Origin: Methanosaeta sp. PtaU1.Bin060
Lineage (GTDB): Archaea; Halobacteriota; Methanosarcinia; Methanotrichales; Methanotrichaceae
Assembly: GCA_002067365.1 (NCBI GenBank)
Contig: MVRK01000028.1
Span: 1,362-65,361 of the forward strand
Direction of reading: 5' to 3'
DNA: 64,000 nt
Positions 46,874-54,883 of the stretch are shown in pieces; the first letter of the stretch is position 1; every line of letters starts with the position of its first letter. Under the pieces are notes generated by a model. It had not been told where the DNA came from and did no database searches. It saw only the letters and a list, made by a program, of their open reading frames with translations. The position numbers were made by a program, and so were the translations under genes.

Positions 46874-47851
46874 TTACGAGTTTTTCAGGAGTCCTTCTGC
46901 CAGCTTCTTCTTGAGGGTCATGTACTCCTTTCCAGACAGGCCTGCTCTCGAAAGCGCAGCATCCCTGAGATAGCAGGGCTTTGTGATCTTGCAGCACCAC
47001 ACGAAGCTTCCAAAGCAGGTGCCATCGCCCTTCTCCAGCGGCGTTCCCTTGGCCAGGCATAGCTTCCTCTCGACGAACTCCTCGGGAGTCATCCCCGCCC
47101 TCTTCAGAGCGCCCAGAACAGCACAGTGCTTCACCGGAGGGCAGCAGAAGGCCAGCCCCCGCAGATCCCCGCCGGCACATATGTGCTTGGGGGCGTTGCA
47201 CCAGCCGATGATGGAATCGTACTCCTTCATCGCCCCTGAGAGCCATTCTGCGAACTCGGGATCGGCTCCGCGCAGGGAGACCACGTCTGCGCCCATCGAG
47301 AGCAGCTTTTTTGCATCATCGAACTCGCCAACATCTGCCAGAGCCATGATCGCAGGTCCGCGCTCGTCGGCTGCCTTCTTCACAATCTTCGGGCCGGCTC
47401 CATTCAGCCCTCGCAGGTCCAGATGGATCAGATCAAGATCCGTCTCTTTCAGGCACCTCAGAAGATCATCTGTCAGATCCTCGGGACGTATCCTAACTGA
47501 AAGGGTCACTCCGGTTCTCTTCAGCTGCGAGATCAGATCCAGGAGCCTGAGAGGATCTCCGATCTTGGTGAACTTCAGGTCGAGAAGACACAGCCTGCTG
47601 CTCGCGAGACGTGCAGCCTCCATCAGCGGCTCGTCGGTGGAGCAGGTGACTGAAAGGCCGATGGCTGCACCATCAGGCTCATTCATGCGGTCCAGGTCTC
47701 TCAGGCAGGATTCCACCACGCTCACAGAAACGTCGTCGAGGTCGAAGCCGTCCAGCAGAAAGAGCCCGGCTGCGCCATTTGATGCTGGATTATGATAAGA
47801 AGATATGACGGCAATGGGGTTATCAAGACGAAGATATCCGACTTCAAGCAT
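46874..47851 (-). CDS. Methanogen-type Cys-rich protein: a TIM-barrel-like N-terminal half plus a C-terminal Cys-rich domain (possibly a methanogenesis marker 9-like domain)
   Basis: The C-terminus reads WCNAPKHICAGGDLRGLAFCCPPVKHCAVLGALKRAGMTPEEF...CFGSFVWCCKITKPCYLRD. The family name is from memory and uncertain. Confidence 0.35.
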   Translation of the reverse strand: MLEVGYLRLDNPIAVISSYHNPASNGAAGLFLLDGFDLDDVSVSVVESCLRDLDRMNEPDGAAIGLSVTCSTDEPLMEAARLASSRLCLLDLKFTKIGDPLRLLDLISQLKRTGVTLSVRIRPEDLTDDLLRCLKETDLDLIHLDLRGLNGAGPKIVKKAADERGPAIMALADVGEFDDAKKLLSMGADVVSLRGADPEFAEWLSGAMKEYDSIIGWCNAPKHICAGGDLRGLAFCCPPVKHCAVLGALKRAGMTPEEFVERKLCLAKGTPLEKGDGTCFGSFVWCCKITKPCYLRDAALSRAGLSGKEYMTLKKKLAEGLLKNS

Positions 47852-48004
47852 CAGAAGAAAAGGGTGTCAGCCTGAGATATCAGTCTTTCGCTGCAGCCTT
47901 TTGCAGCACATATTTTAAATATATTTTAATGAGGATGGCTTTTTTTATCTGCCCCTCCCATCATTTATATGTGAGAATAGCCAAAAGCCAGGAGTGGTGA
48001 TACG

Positions 48005-48445
48005 ATGGTGACCTTCAAGGCAGATGCAGATGTCAGAGCCAAGGTTCAGGGCTCAGAGGATCAGGACAAATATCCGATAGTGGCCAAAGTCAAAGGAACC
48101 GGGAAGGACGGGGGACTTAGCATCCAGGTCTCGGGCGAAGGCGCTGGCCCGGTATCTGCCAGAATATCAGGCGACTCCCAGAGCCCCATCGCAGTCTCAC
48201 CGATAACTGTCGCACCAATTACAGTTGTTCCCGATCTGAAGAAAGCGAGCGAGACGCTGGATCTTGCATCCCTGGTCGGCGCTCTGACGAAGCTGGCAGG
48301 GGGCCTGAAGGTGGAGGTCGCCAACTCTGGTGCACCCCTCTCCATTGCTCTCGGCAAGATCCCAGTGGACCTGACCATCTCAGTCTCCTCGCCGGCTCAG
48401 GAGACAGTCTTCAAGGTTGAGATCAGGGGAACAGTCGGGGAATAG
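48005..48445 (+). CDS. Hypothetical low-complexity protein (146 aa)
   Basis: GGAGTGGTGA Shine-Dalgarno before the ATG and a TATA-rich tract upstream. Rich in Gly/Ser/Val/Ala/Lys, with no Cys, His or Trp. Confidence 0.5.
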   Translation: MVTFKADADVRAKVQGSEDQDKYPIVAKVKGTGKDGGLSIQVSGEGAGPVSARISGDSQSPIAVSPITVAPITVVPDLKKASETLDLASLVGALTKLAGGLKVEVANSGAPLSIALGKIPVDLTISVSSPAQETVFKVEIRGTVGE

Positions 48446-48550
48446 CGCCATCGATGATGCCGTATCGAGGAACCAGGAATATGGCAGATATTATTAATAG
48501 CATGTCCGACCACCCGGTTGATATTACAAATGTAATTCCCGGCACATAGG

Positions 48551-49021
48551 GTGATCCAGATAATCCCCGGCTGGCTGACGACGCTGATCGCTGCATTTCT
48601 GCCGATATCTGAGGTTCGAGGAGCCATACCTCTGGCCGTAGGGGTCTACGGCTATTCTCCTGCTGAAGCCTATCTGATCTCAGTCTTCGGCAATCTGCTG
48701 CCTGTAATTCCCCTGCTTCTTTTCCTTGGGCCGGTCTCCGAATACCTGAGACGCTTTGAGATCGGGGACAGGTTTTTCACATGGCTCTTCGCCCGCACTC
48801 GCAGGAAGTGCCTCCAGGACCACGAGAACTTCGGGCTGACGGCGCTCGCCATCTTCGTGGCCACCCCGCTGCCCATGACGGGCGCCTGGACGGGCTGCGC
48901 CCTGGCCTTTTTGCTTGGCTTCAGGTTCTGGCCAGCGTTTGCAGCGATAGCCACAGGCATTCTTCTGGCTGGAGCCGTCGTGACGGCCACTGTGATGGGA
49001 GTCCAGTTCATGATGCTCTGA
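48551..49021 (+). CDS. Small multidrug-export-like membrane protein (COG2426 / Sm_multidrug_ex family)
   Basis: LPISEVRGAIPLAV, with about 4 TM segments. Apparent GTG start. Confidence 0.6.
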   Translation: MIQIIPGWLTTLIAAFLPISEVRGAIPLAVGVYGYSPAEAYLISVFGNLLPVIPLLLFLGPVSEYLRRFEIGDRFFTWLFARTRRKCLQDHENFGLTALAIFVATPLPMTGAWTGCALAFLLGFRFWPAFAAIATGILLAGAVVTATVMGVQFMML

Positions 49022-49217
49022 AGGAGCAATGTCAGAAGCCGGGTTACTTGCACTGGAGAGCGGCTGCGGTCATCTGATGCAGCCCGATTATAACGCCGCT
49101 GCGAAATATGCGATACCCGATTAGGACGACTGCATCAGCCTGCCCAGGAAGAGGCTGTGCCTTTCTGATGAGATCTTCAGCTTCAAAGATGCACCAAATA
49201 TGCATTCTCCTGACAGA

Positions 49218-50042
49218 TCAAGCCTCCTGCGCCGCCACGTAGATCGGCTTTTCAGGAACTAAGTAGATCGTCCAGAAGACGAGGAGGGTTATGATCGCCT
49301 TGACTATTATGTTCGTCCAGAACATCTGAACCAGAGCATCGAAGCCCACTATCCCCGTGAAGGCGATCAGGGGAAAGAGCATGCTGTCCACAGGAATGGA
49401 GAAGGCGTTGGAGACGAAGACCCTGGTCCACTGGGGCAGGATTCTTCCCCAGCCAGATGTCCACTGGTGATAGACCTGAGTGTCAATAAGCTCGGCGATG
49501 AGGGCTGTGATGATCGATCCCAGCACAATTCTCATCTGCAGCGAGAAGAGGGACTGCCACCAGATGCCGCCAGCCGAGGCGCTGATCAAACCGCCGAAGA
49601 GGAATTCCCAGGCTGCCTGCCCTCCATTGGAGGACCAATCACCCTGGGCTGGCAGAAGAACCACGAGCTGAAAGTAGAGCGCAGCTATGAGGTTCAACGC
49701 AGCGCTCATCCAGATAGTAGTGACCGCTGCCTTCCTGCCGAGCTGCTTGTGAACCAGATCGCGCCATGTAAATGTGAGGGCATAGATGAAACCCGCGTCC
49801 ATCACGAGGCTCCCGAAGTATGTCACCTTCGTGGCTGCGATGTTCCCGGCCAGTGAGAAGAAGAGATAAAGCCCGCAGAGGATTATGGTGGCCTGAGTCT
49901 TATCAAGCTGAAACCTGCTCTTCTTGCCCAAATCCATATCCAGGTCCTCTTCGCTCTTTTGGGCCAGGCTCATGCCCTCGGCGTCCTCTGCAAAATTCCC
50001 CCGCCCTGATCTATTCGAGATCACAGCCATCACCTCCCCCAC
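49218..50042 (-). CDS. yhhQ: YhhQ/VUT-family 7-deazaguanine (queuosine precursor) transporter
   Basis: LYLFFSLAGNIAATKVTYFGSLVMDAGFIYALTFTWRDLVHKQLG...FVSNAFSIPVDSMLF are YhhQ-family motifs. The true start is probably one of the internal Met codons. Confidence 0.7.
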   Translation of the reverse strand: MGEVMAVISNRSGRGNFAEDAEGMSLAQKSEEDLDMDLGKKSRFQLDKTQATIILCGLYLFFSLAGNIAATKVTYFGSLVMDAGFIYALTFTWRDLVHKQLGRKAAVTTIWMSAALNLIAALYFQLVVLLPAQGDWSSNGGQAAWEFLFGGLISASAGGIWWQSLFSLQMRIVLGSIITALIAELIDTQVYHQWTSGWGRILPQWTRVFVSNAFSIPVDSMLFPLIAFTGIVGFDALVQMFWTNIIVKAIITLLVFWTIYLVPEKPIYVAAQEA

Positions 50043-50203
50043 GATTCAGTTCTTCTCAATCCCCGACCAACCTCAGATCCCCAAGCACTATTATCCGAAG
50101 CTTAATTCATCACATCCTGAGCATTCCCGCCTTGAGAGCCCTGACCCAAGATCTCAAAGAGTCTTCGGATCTCAAGATGTCCCGGGCCCAAAGAATCTCG
50201 ATC

Positions 50204-51433
50204 TCAACTTGGCTCAAGCCATCTCTTTTTCAGGTCGAAAAAGCTTCCTTTATTTATGCTTTCCCTTATCTCCTCCATGAGCCGCATCATGAAATGAAGG
50301 TTGTGAATGGAGGCAAGGCGGAAGTATGAGAGCTCTCTTGCAACGTAAAGATGCCTCAGGTATGCCCTGGAGTAGCTTTGGCAGGTCGGACACCTGCAGA
50401 GGGGGTCGGCTGGCCTGCTGTCCTCCTCGTAAATCTTGGATTTTATGTTTATTCTGAACTTGTTGGAGACGCTCCCGCCAGACAGAGGATGAATGTAGAG
50501 GTTTCCTCTCCTCGCGATCCTTGTGGGCGAGACGCAGTCGAAGGTGTCCATGCCCCTCTGAACGCCCTCGAATATGTCATCGATCTCGCCGATGCCAAGC
50601 AGGTGTCTGGGCCTCTCGTCTAGCCCAGGAACCACCCAATCCAGGACCTGATGCATATCAGCCTTGCAGTTCCCAAGAGAGCCGCCTATGGCGATGCCCT
50701 CGAAGGGCAGGGATGCTATGAACTCTGTGCTCTCCCTCCGCAGGTCCTCGAACCAGCCGCCCTGAACTATGCCGTAGAGCGCCTGGTTCTGGTCGTGGTA
50801 TCTCAGGGAGAGGCCTGCCCAATCATGGGTTCGCTGCATAGCCCGCCTGGTGTAATCATAATCGGATAATGGAGAGGTGCATTCATCGAAGGCCATGATT
50901 ATATCTGAGCCGAGGTTCGACTGGATTCTCATCGATCTCTCTGCATCGAAAAAATGCCATGCGCCATCGTACATGGATTTGAAGGCGATGCCCTCATCAG
51001 AGATGCGCGTCAGGTTCTCTCTTTTGCTCTCCTTCTTGTTCTCCTTCTTGTCCCTAGCACTTTCATCGTCTGCCCTTTCCTGAGGAAAGATGCACCCGAT
51101 CTTGCCGATGTTGTGCTCCCTTCCAAGGCCGTAGGAGAACGCCTGAAATCCTCCCGAATCGGAGAACAGAGGACGGGAGAAGCCCATGAACCTGTGGAGC
51201 CCGCCAAGTCTTCGTATCAGCTCGTCTCCCGGCTTCAGATGAAGATGGTATGTGTTGGCAAGGGCACACTGAACCCCGAGGGCCTCCAGGTCGCAGGAGT
51301 CAAGAGACCTTACTGAGCCCAAGGTTGCGACGGGAACGAAGCTGGGCGTCTCGATGACGCCGTGCGCTGTCTTCATCAGGCAGATCCTGGCGCTCGTCTG
51401 ACCGTCTTGCTTCAGCACCTCAAAAGAGAGCAT
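50204..51433 (-). CDS. tgt: Bacterial-type tRNA-guanine transglycosylase (queuine/preQ tRNA-ribosyltransferase family)
   Basis: TPSFVPVATLG, ANTYHLHLKPG, GGLHRFMGFSRPLFSDSGGFQ, MAFDECT, LYGIVQGG, LLGIGEIDD, DTFDCVSPTR, zinc motif CRCPTC...H, and HNLHFMMRLM. It has the bacterial QTGT architecture and lacks the ArcTGT C-terminal/PUA domains. Confidence 0.8.
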   Translation of the reverse strand: MLSFEVLKQDGQTSARICLMKTAHGVIETPSFVPVATLGSVRSLDSCDLEALGVQCALANTYHLHLKPGDELIRRLGGLHRFMGFSRPLFSDSGGFQAFSYGLGREHNIGKIGCIFPQERADDESARDKKENKKESKRENLTRISDEGIAFKSMYDGAWHFFDAERSMRIQSNLGSDIIMAFDECTSPLSDYDYTRRAMQRTHDWAGLSLRYHDQNQALYGIVQGGWFEDLRRESTEFIASLPFEGIAIGGSLGNCKADMHQVLDWVVPGLDERPRHLLGIGEIDDIFEGVQRGMDTFDCVSPTRIARRGNLYIHPLSGGSVSNKFRINIKSKIYEEDSRPADPLCRCPTCQSYSRAYLRHLYVARELSYFRLASIHNLHFMMRLMEEIRESINKGSFFDLKKRWLEPS

Positions 51434-51787
51434 TCAGTCTCCTCCTGCCGCAATCCATTCAGCCACTGTTCCGCGAATGCACATCGATGGTAACAGGCGG
51501 GATGTGAGAGTTAAAGGCTTCGAGCTGGATTGCAGATGGTCCGCCCTCCAGTCGTTCCCCTTCGATGATCATGAGTATGTTCGTCCGTCTGGTCAAATTT
51601 ATCGAAAGAGTTAAATCCTAGAAAGTCCAATTGACCTCCTAATCCGTACATCCTAAGATACAAAATAATTGCAATTGTAGAGGTCCCTCCAAGGCTGGGG
51701 AGCACAGGTCCTCCTATCCTCCTCCCTGCAAGCTCTCCAGCTTGCTTTTAGCGGGCTTTGGCATATTGGCTCCTCAGGGCGATAGCT

Positions 51788-52414
51788 CTATTTGCACTGC
51801 TCCATGATCCTGATCACCTCTTCATCTGTGAGCTGAGGAAACTGTTCATAGTGCTCGCCGACAGCCATGAAATGAACCGGCGTCTCGAGGACTACCAGCT
51901 CATCGGCTTCCTTCCTTATCCTGTCAGCTGCCTCGCGGGAGGAGACCGGGACGGCCACCACAATCTTCCTCGGGCTGCGATGCCTGATCTCCTTGATGGC
52001 CAGGAGGATGGTCAGGCCTGTGGCGACTCCGTCATCGACGATGATAGCGGTCTTTCCCTCAGGCGAGAGCTGCCCTCTGCCCCTGAGATAGACTTGCCGC
52101 CTTCTTTTTGCCTCTTGCATCTCTTCCTTCGCCCTGGCCAGCAGCCACTCCTGATCCAGAAGCGATGAGATTGTGCCATCGCAGATCATGTGGCCGTCTT
52201 CGGCTACAGCGCAGACAGCGCACTCCTCATTTCCAGGGTAGCCGATCTTTCTCGTTATCACCAGGTCCAGGGGAGCGCCCAGAGATCGGGCTATCTCCTT
52301 TCCCAGGACCACGCCGCCCCTTGGCAGGGCGTAGACCACCACATCGCTTCCCTTATACCCGGCGAGGGCTTCGGCTAGCCTTCTTCCTGCATCGGATCTG
52401 TCTATGAAACGCAT
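51788..52414 (-). CDS. Type I phosphoribosyltransferase-family protein
   Basis: VVVYALPRGGVVLG and the PRPP loop AIIVDDGVATGLT. Confidence 0.7.
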   Translation of the reverse strand: MRFIDRSDAGRRLAEALAGYKGSDVVVYALPRGGVVLGKEIARSLGAPLDLVITRKIGYPGNEECAVCAVAEDGHMICDGTISSLLDQEWLLARAKEEMQEAKRRRQVYLRGRGQLSPEGKTAIIVDDGVATGLTILLAIKEIRHRSPRKIVVAVPVSSREAADRIRKEADELVVLETPVHFMAVGEHYEQFPQLTDEEVIRIMEQCK

Positions 52415-52475
52415 GATGGTAAATTAGCTCTACAAGGTTATGAAAATTTTTGGGATTGCTGTCATGCAGCTTTCG

Positions 52476-52748
52476 CTACCTGAGCCCTAATCTGCTCGCA
52501 AGATCCATGGAATAAGGAGCAATGTCGATCAGGGTTATGGCTATCACCACAGAGACCCAATAAATCGGCTTGTTGAAGTACCATGTTCGTCTGCCCCTTG
52601 CGTAGATGAAGAGTATGTAAGGGAGCAGCGGGGCGATGATCACAAGAAGGTTGGGCTCTACCCCCAGGACATAGCTGAAGATGTAACCTTGAGCAAGAAG
52701 GCAAAGGGCTGTTGTCAGGCCAACCTTGGCTTGGTTGCTCATTCTCAT
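52476..52748 (-). CDS. Small membrane protein (about 3 TM segments)
   Basis: Hydrophobic segments LTTALCLLAQGYIFSYVL, LLVIIAPLLPYILFIY, WVSVVIAITLIDI. Confidence 0.4.
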   Translation of the reverse strand: MRMSNQAKVGLTTALCLLAQGYIFSYVLGVEPNLLVIIAPLLPYILFIYARGRRTWYFNKPIYWVSVVIAITLIDIAPYSMDLASRLGLR

Positions 52749-53035
52749 GAGTTCTCCATGATGTCCTCTGATTTATAAGCCTTTCATCGAACGAAATGCA
52801 TCTAAAGGCCGCAGGTTCACCGTGGTGAACATCAGCTTTGCTCTTTTTGGACAGCAAAACAGCGTCCTGAAGTATGCAGCGGCACTCAATCTGCATCTCT
52901 GACACCCCTTCGCGAGGGCTGCATCGGACCTGCCGATGCCTCTGCCACCAGAGGCAGACCTGCTCACACCATTGTTGTGATCTTCTTGAAAAACGCTCTC
53001 ACTGCTGCAACATCGATCCAGAAGACTTCGCCCTC

Positions 53036-53110
53036 CTGTGGATGTCCTTTCTGTGGATGTCTGTTCTGTGGATGCCTGTTCTGTGGATGCCTGTTCTGTG
53101 GATGTCTTTT
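53036..53110. repeat. Five head-to-tail copies of a 15-bp unit, CTGTGGATG(T/C)C(T/C)(G/T)TT
   Basis: Units at 53036, 53051, 53066, 53081 and 53096. Units 3 and 4 are identical; the others differ by 1-2 nt. Confidence 0.95.
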
Positions 53111-53288
53111 TCGGGTTAGGGATCCATTAGCTTCTGCTGCAGTTCACCTTCTTTTCAGCCCCTAAGCAGCAGTCTATCCCTAATTGCATCGAGTTTCTCG
53201 TCAGCGCTTCGTTCAAATCAGTTCAAAATTGATGGATTTTTTGGACATAATCGTCTATATAGTTCAAAAAGTCGTTGAGATATACTGC

Positions 53289-53582
53289 ATGAGCCGAGTC
53301 AGCATCCTGGGCATAATAGTAATAGGCGCAATGACCATTGCGATGGCCCAAGCTACTGCCTCCACAGATATTTCCGACCTAAACAGGCTGGTCTCCTCCT
53401 TTGATGATCCACTCATCACCCCTTCAGATCTGGCGTTCTTCCTTGCTACTCACAACTACGATGTCATGCCAAAGGACGGGTATGTGGAGCTGACGCTGAA
53501 TGGTGAGACTTACAAGCTCATTCCCAACGGGAAAGAGTCTGGCTTGTGCAGCATAATAGAGCAAAGGATTACGGTAGGTTGA
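53289..53582 (+). CDS. Small secreted protein (97 aa from the internal Met)
   Basis: MSRVSILGIIVIGAMTIAMAQATAS is a signal peptide. The track ORF start at 53184 is probably too far upstream. Confidence 0.45.
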   Translation: MSRVSILGIIVIGAMTIAMAQATASTDISDLNRLVSSFDDPLITPSDLAFFLATHNYDVMPKDGYVELTLNGETYKLIPNGKESGLCSIIEQRITVG

Positions 53583-53586
53583 GGGG

Positions 53587-53907
53587 ATGACTCCTGAAAT
53601 TTCGTTGGTGAATAGTGGTTCGAGGTCGAAGAGAAGAAGCGAGGATGTGATAGTCTCACAGATCCTGGGGATCTGCACGACTGGTGCTGGCAAGACAAGG
53701 ATACTCTATCAAGCCAATTTGAACTCATCAAGGGTGAACCACTTCCTTGAGAAGCTGGTGAAGAACGGCCTCGTCGCAGAGACACCTCGTGGAGCTAGGA
53801 TCCTGTATAAAACAACTCACAAAGGCGAAGAGCTCAAAGAGAGGCTGGATCGGCTTCAGAATGAGATGGATGAGCTGCACACTCACCTTTTCAAGGCTGA
53901 AGCCTGA
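53587..53907 (+). CDS. Winged-helix protein (COG3432-like archaeal regulator)
   Basis: IVSQILGICTTGAGKTRILYQANLNSSRVNHFLEKLVKNGLV...YKTTHKGEELKERL. Confidence 0.6.
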   Translation: MTPEISLVNSGSRSKRRSEDVIVSQILGICTTGAGKTRILYQANLNSSRVNHFLEKLVKNGLVAETPRGARILYKTTHKGEELKERLDRLQNEMDELHTHLFKAEA

Positions 53908-54040
53908 AAGATCCCCACTCAAAATCAAATTTATTTTGGCGATCGGATTCCCGGACTTTTCTGCAAGATGCTATAACCGGATTATTCAGGGGGCCCGTTC
54001 CAGATTTACGGGCTTCGAATAGACAAAAGCCGTATATTAT

Positions 54041-54715
54041 TCAGCAGAGGTCTATCCATTTCACCCTCACATCATCATTCAGATCTATGAGGGCAGCGTG
54101 TCCCCTGCGCAATTCTCCCACGTTGATGATTCTGGTGCGACCGATCAGCGCCTCGCCGCGATCCTCGTGAATATGTCCGCAAAGAAGAAGCTGCGGCTGA
54201 TGCTTCTCGACGAAACGCCGCATGCCAAGGGATCCAGTCCTCTCGCCAGTGTAAATGGTATCCCTAGAGCCACGTGGCGGCTGATGTGTTATTACTATCA
54301 CGCTCTTTACGTCCGATGCATCCCTGTAAGCTCTGGAGAGAAGATCATAGACATCCTCCTCGCGATGATAGTACCTGCCGGGATTTCCCAGGCGCTTCGG
54401 ATCGCGCATCACCATCCCGCCAAGACCCAAGAAGCCATAGCCTTTGCACCTGATGGAGGCTCCGTGAATCATCCTCAGACCTGCATCCTTCCAGAGGCCA
54501 GGCACTACGTCCCTGTGGTCCATGTTGCCAGGGACGATGAGCACTGGTGGTCCGATTCTTGCCAGCGCCCCGGCCACGGGCCGCGCCTGATCTGGCGCGC
54601 TCGCGTTGTGAAGGTCTCCGCAGAAGGCGATGATGTCGGCATCGACATCCTTGAGGAGGTCCAGCATCTCAGATCTGTCGTGAAGATCTGCCATCCCAAG
54701 AATCCTCAAAGACAT
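54041..54715 (-). CDS. Calcineurin-like metallophosphoesterase
   Basis: GMADLHD, FCGDLHN, PGNMDH, GHIHEDRG motifs. Confidence 0.8.
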   Translation of the reverse strand: MSLRILGMADLHDRSEMLDLLKDVDADIIAFCGDLHNASAPDQARPVAGALARIGPPVLIVPGNMDHRDVVPGLWKDAGLRMIHGASIRCKGYGFLGLGGMVMRDPKRLGNPGRYYHREEDVYDLLSRAYRDASDVKSVIVITHQPPRGSRDTIYTGERTGSLGMRRFVEKHQPQLLLCGHIHEDRGEALIGRTRIINVGELRRGHAALIDLNDDVRVKWIDLC

Positions 54716-54883
54716 CGGACCACCCCAGTTCCTCAGAGGGTTTACTGCAACTACATATTTAAATCTTAAATTTTGCCCCGGAGTGGATCAAGCAAAGCTC
54801 TGGGGATCGGCTCAGACCAGAGACGAAGTAGGAAGGCTCAGAGGAAAAGCTCATCTCCTCACCGGTCAGACCTGAATGCTCCC

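Noticed and set aside
51434-51510. preQ1 riboswitch upstream of tgt
   Set aside because: I looked for the short hairpin plus the conserved CCC...A-rich tail ending in the ribosome-binding site and did not find it. Only a covariance-model scan could settle this.
51511-51705. 64-aa minus-strand ORF in the PRTase-tgt gap
   Set aside because: No start context and low-complexity composition (GGTS, HTHDHRRGTTGG). Likely non-coding.
52874-53165. Cys-rich and Trp/Leu-rich + strand ORFs (CGCPFCGCLFCGC..., LWMSFLWMSVLWMPV...)
   Set aside because: Their periodic sequence is simply the 15-bp DNA tandem repeat read in two frames. There is no start context, and all frames across the repeat are open.
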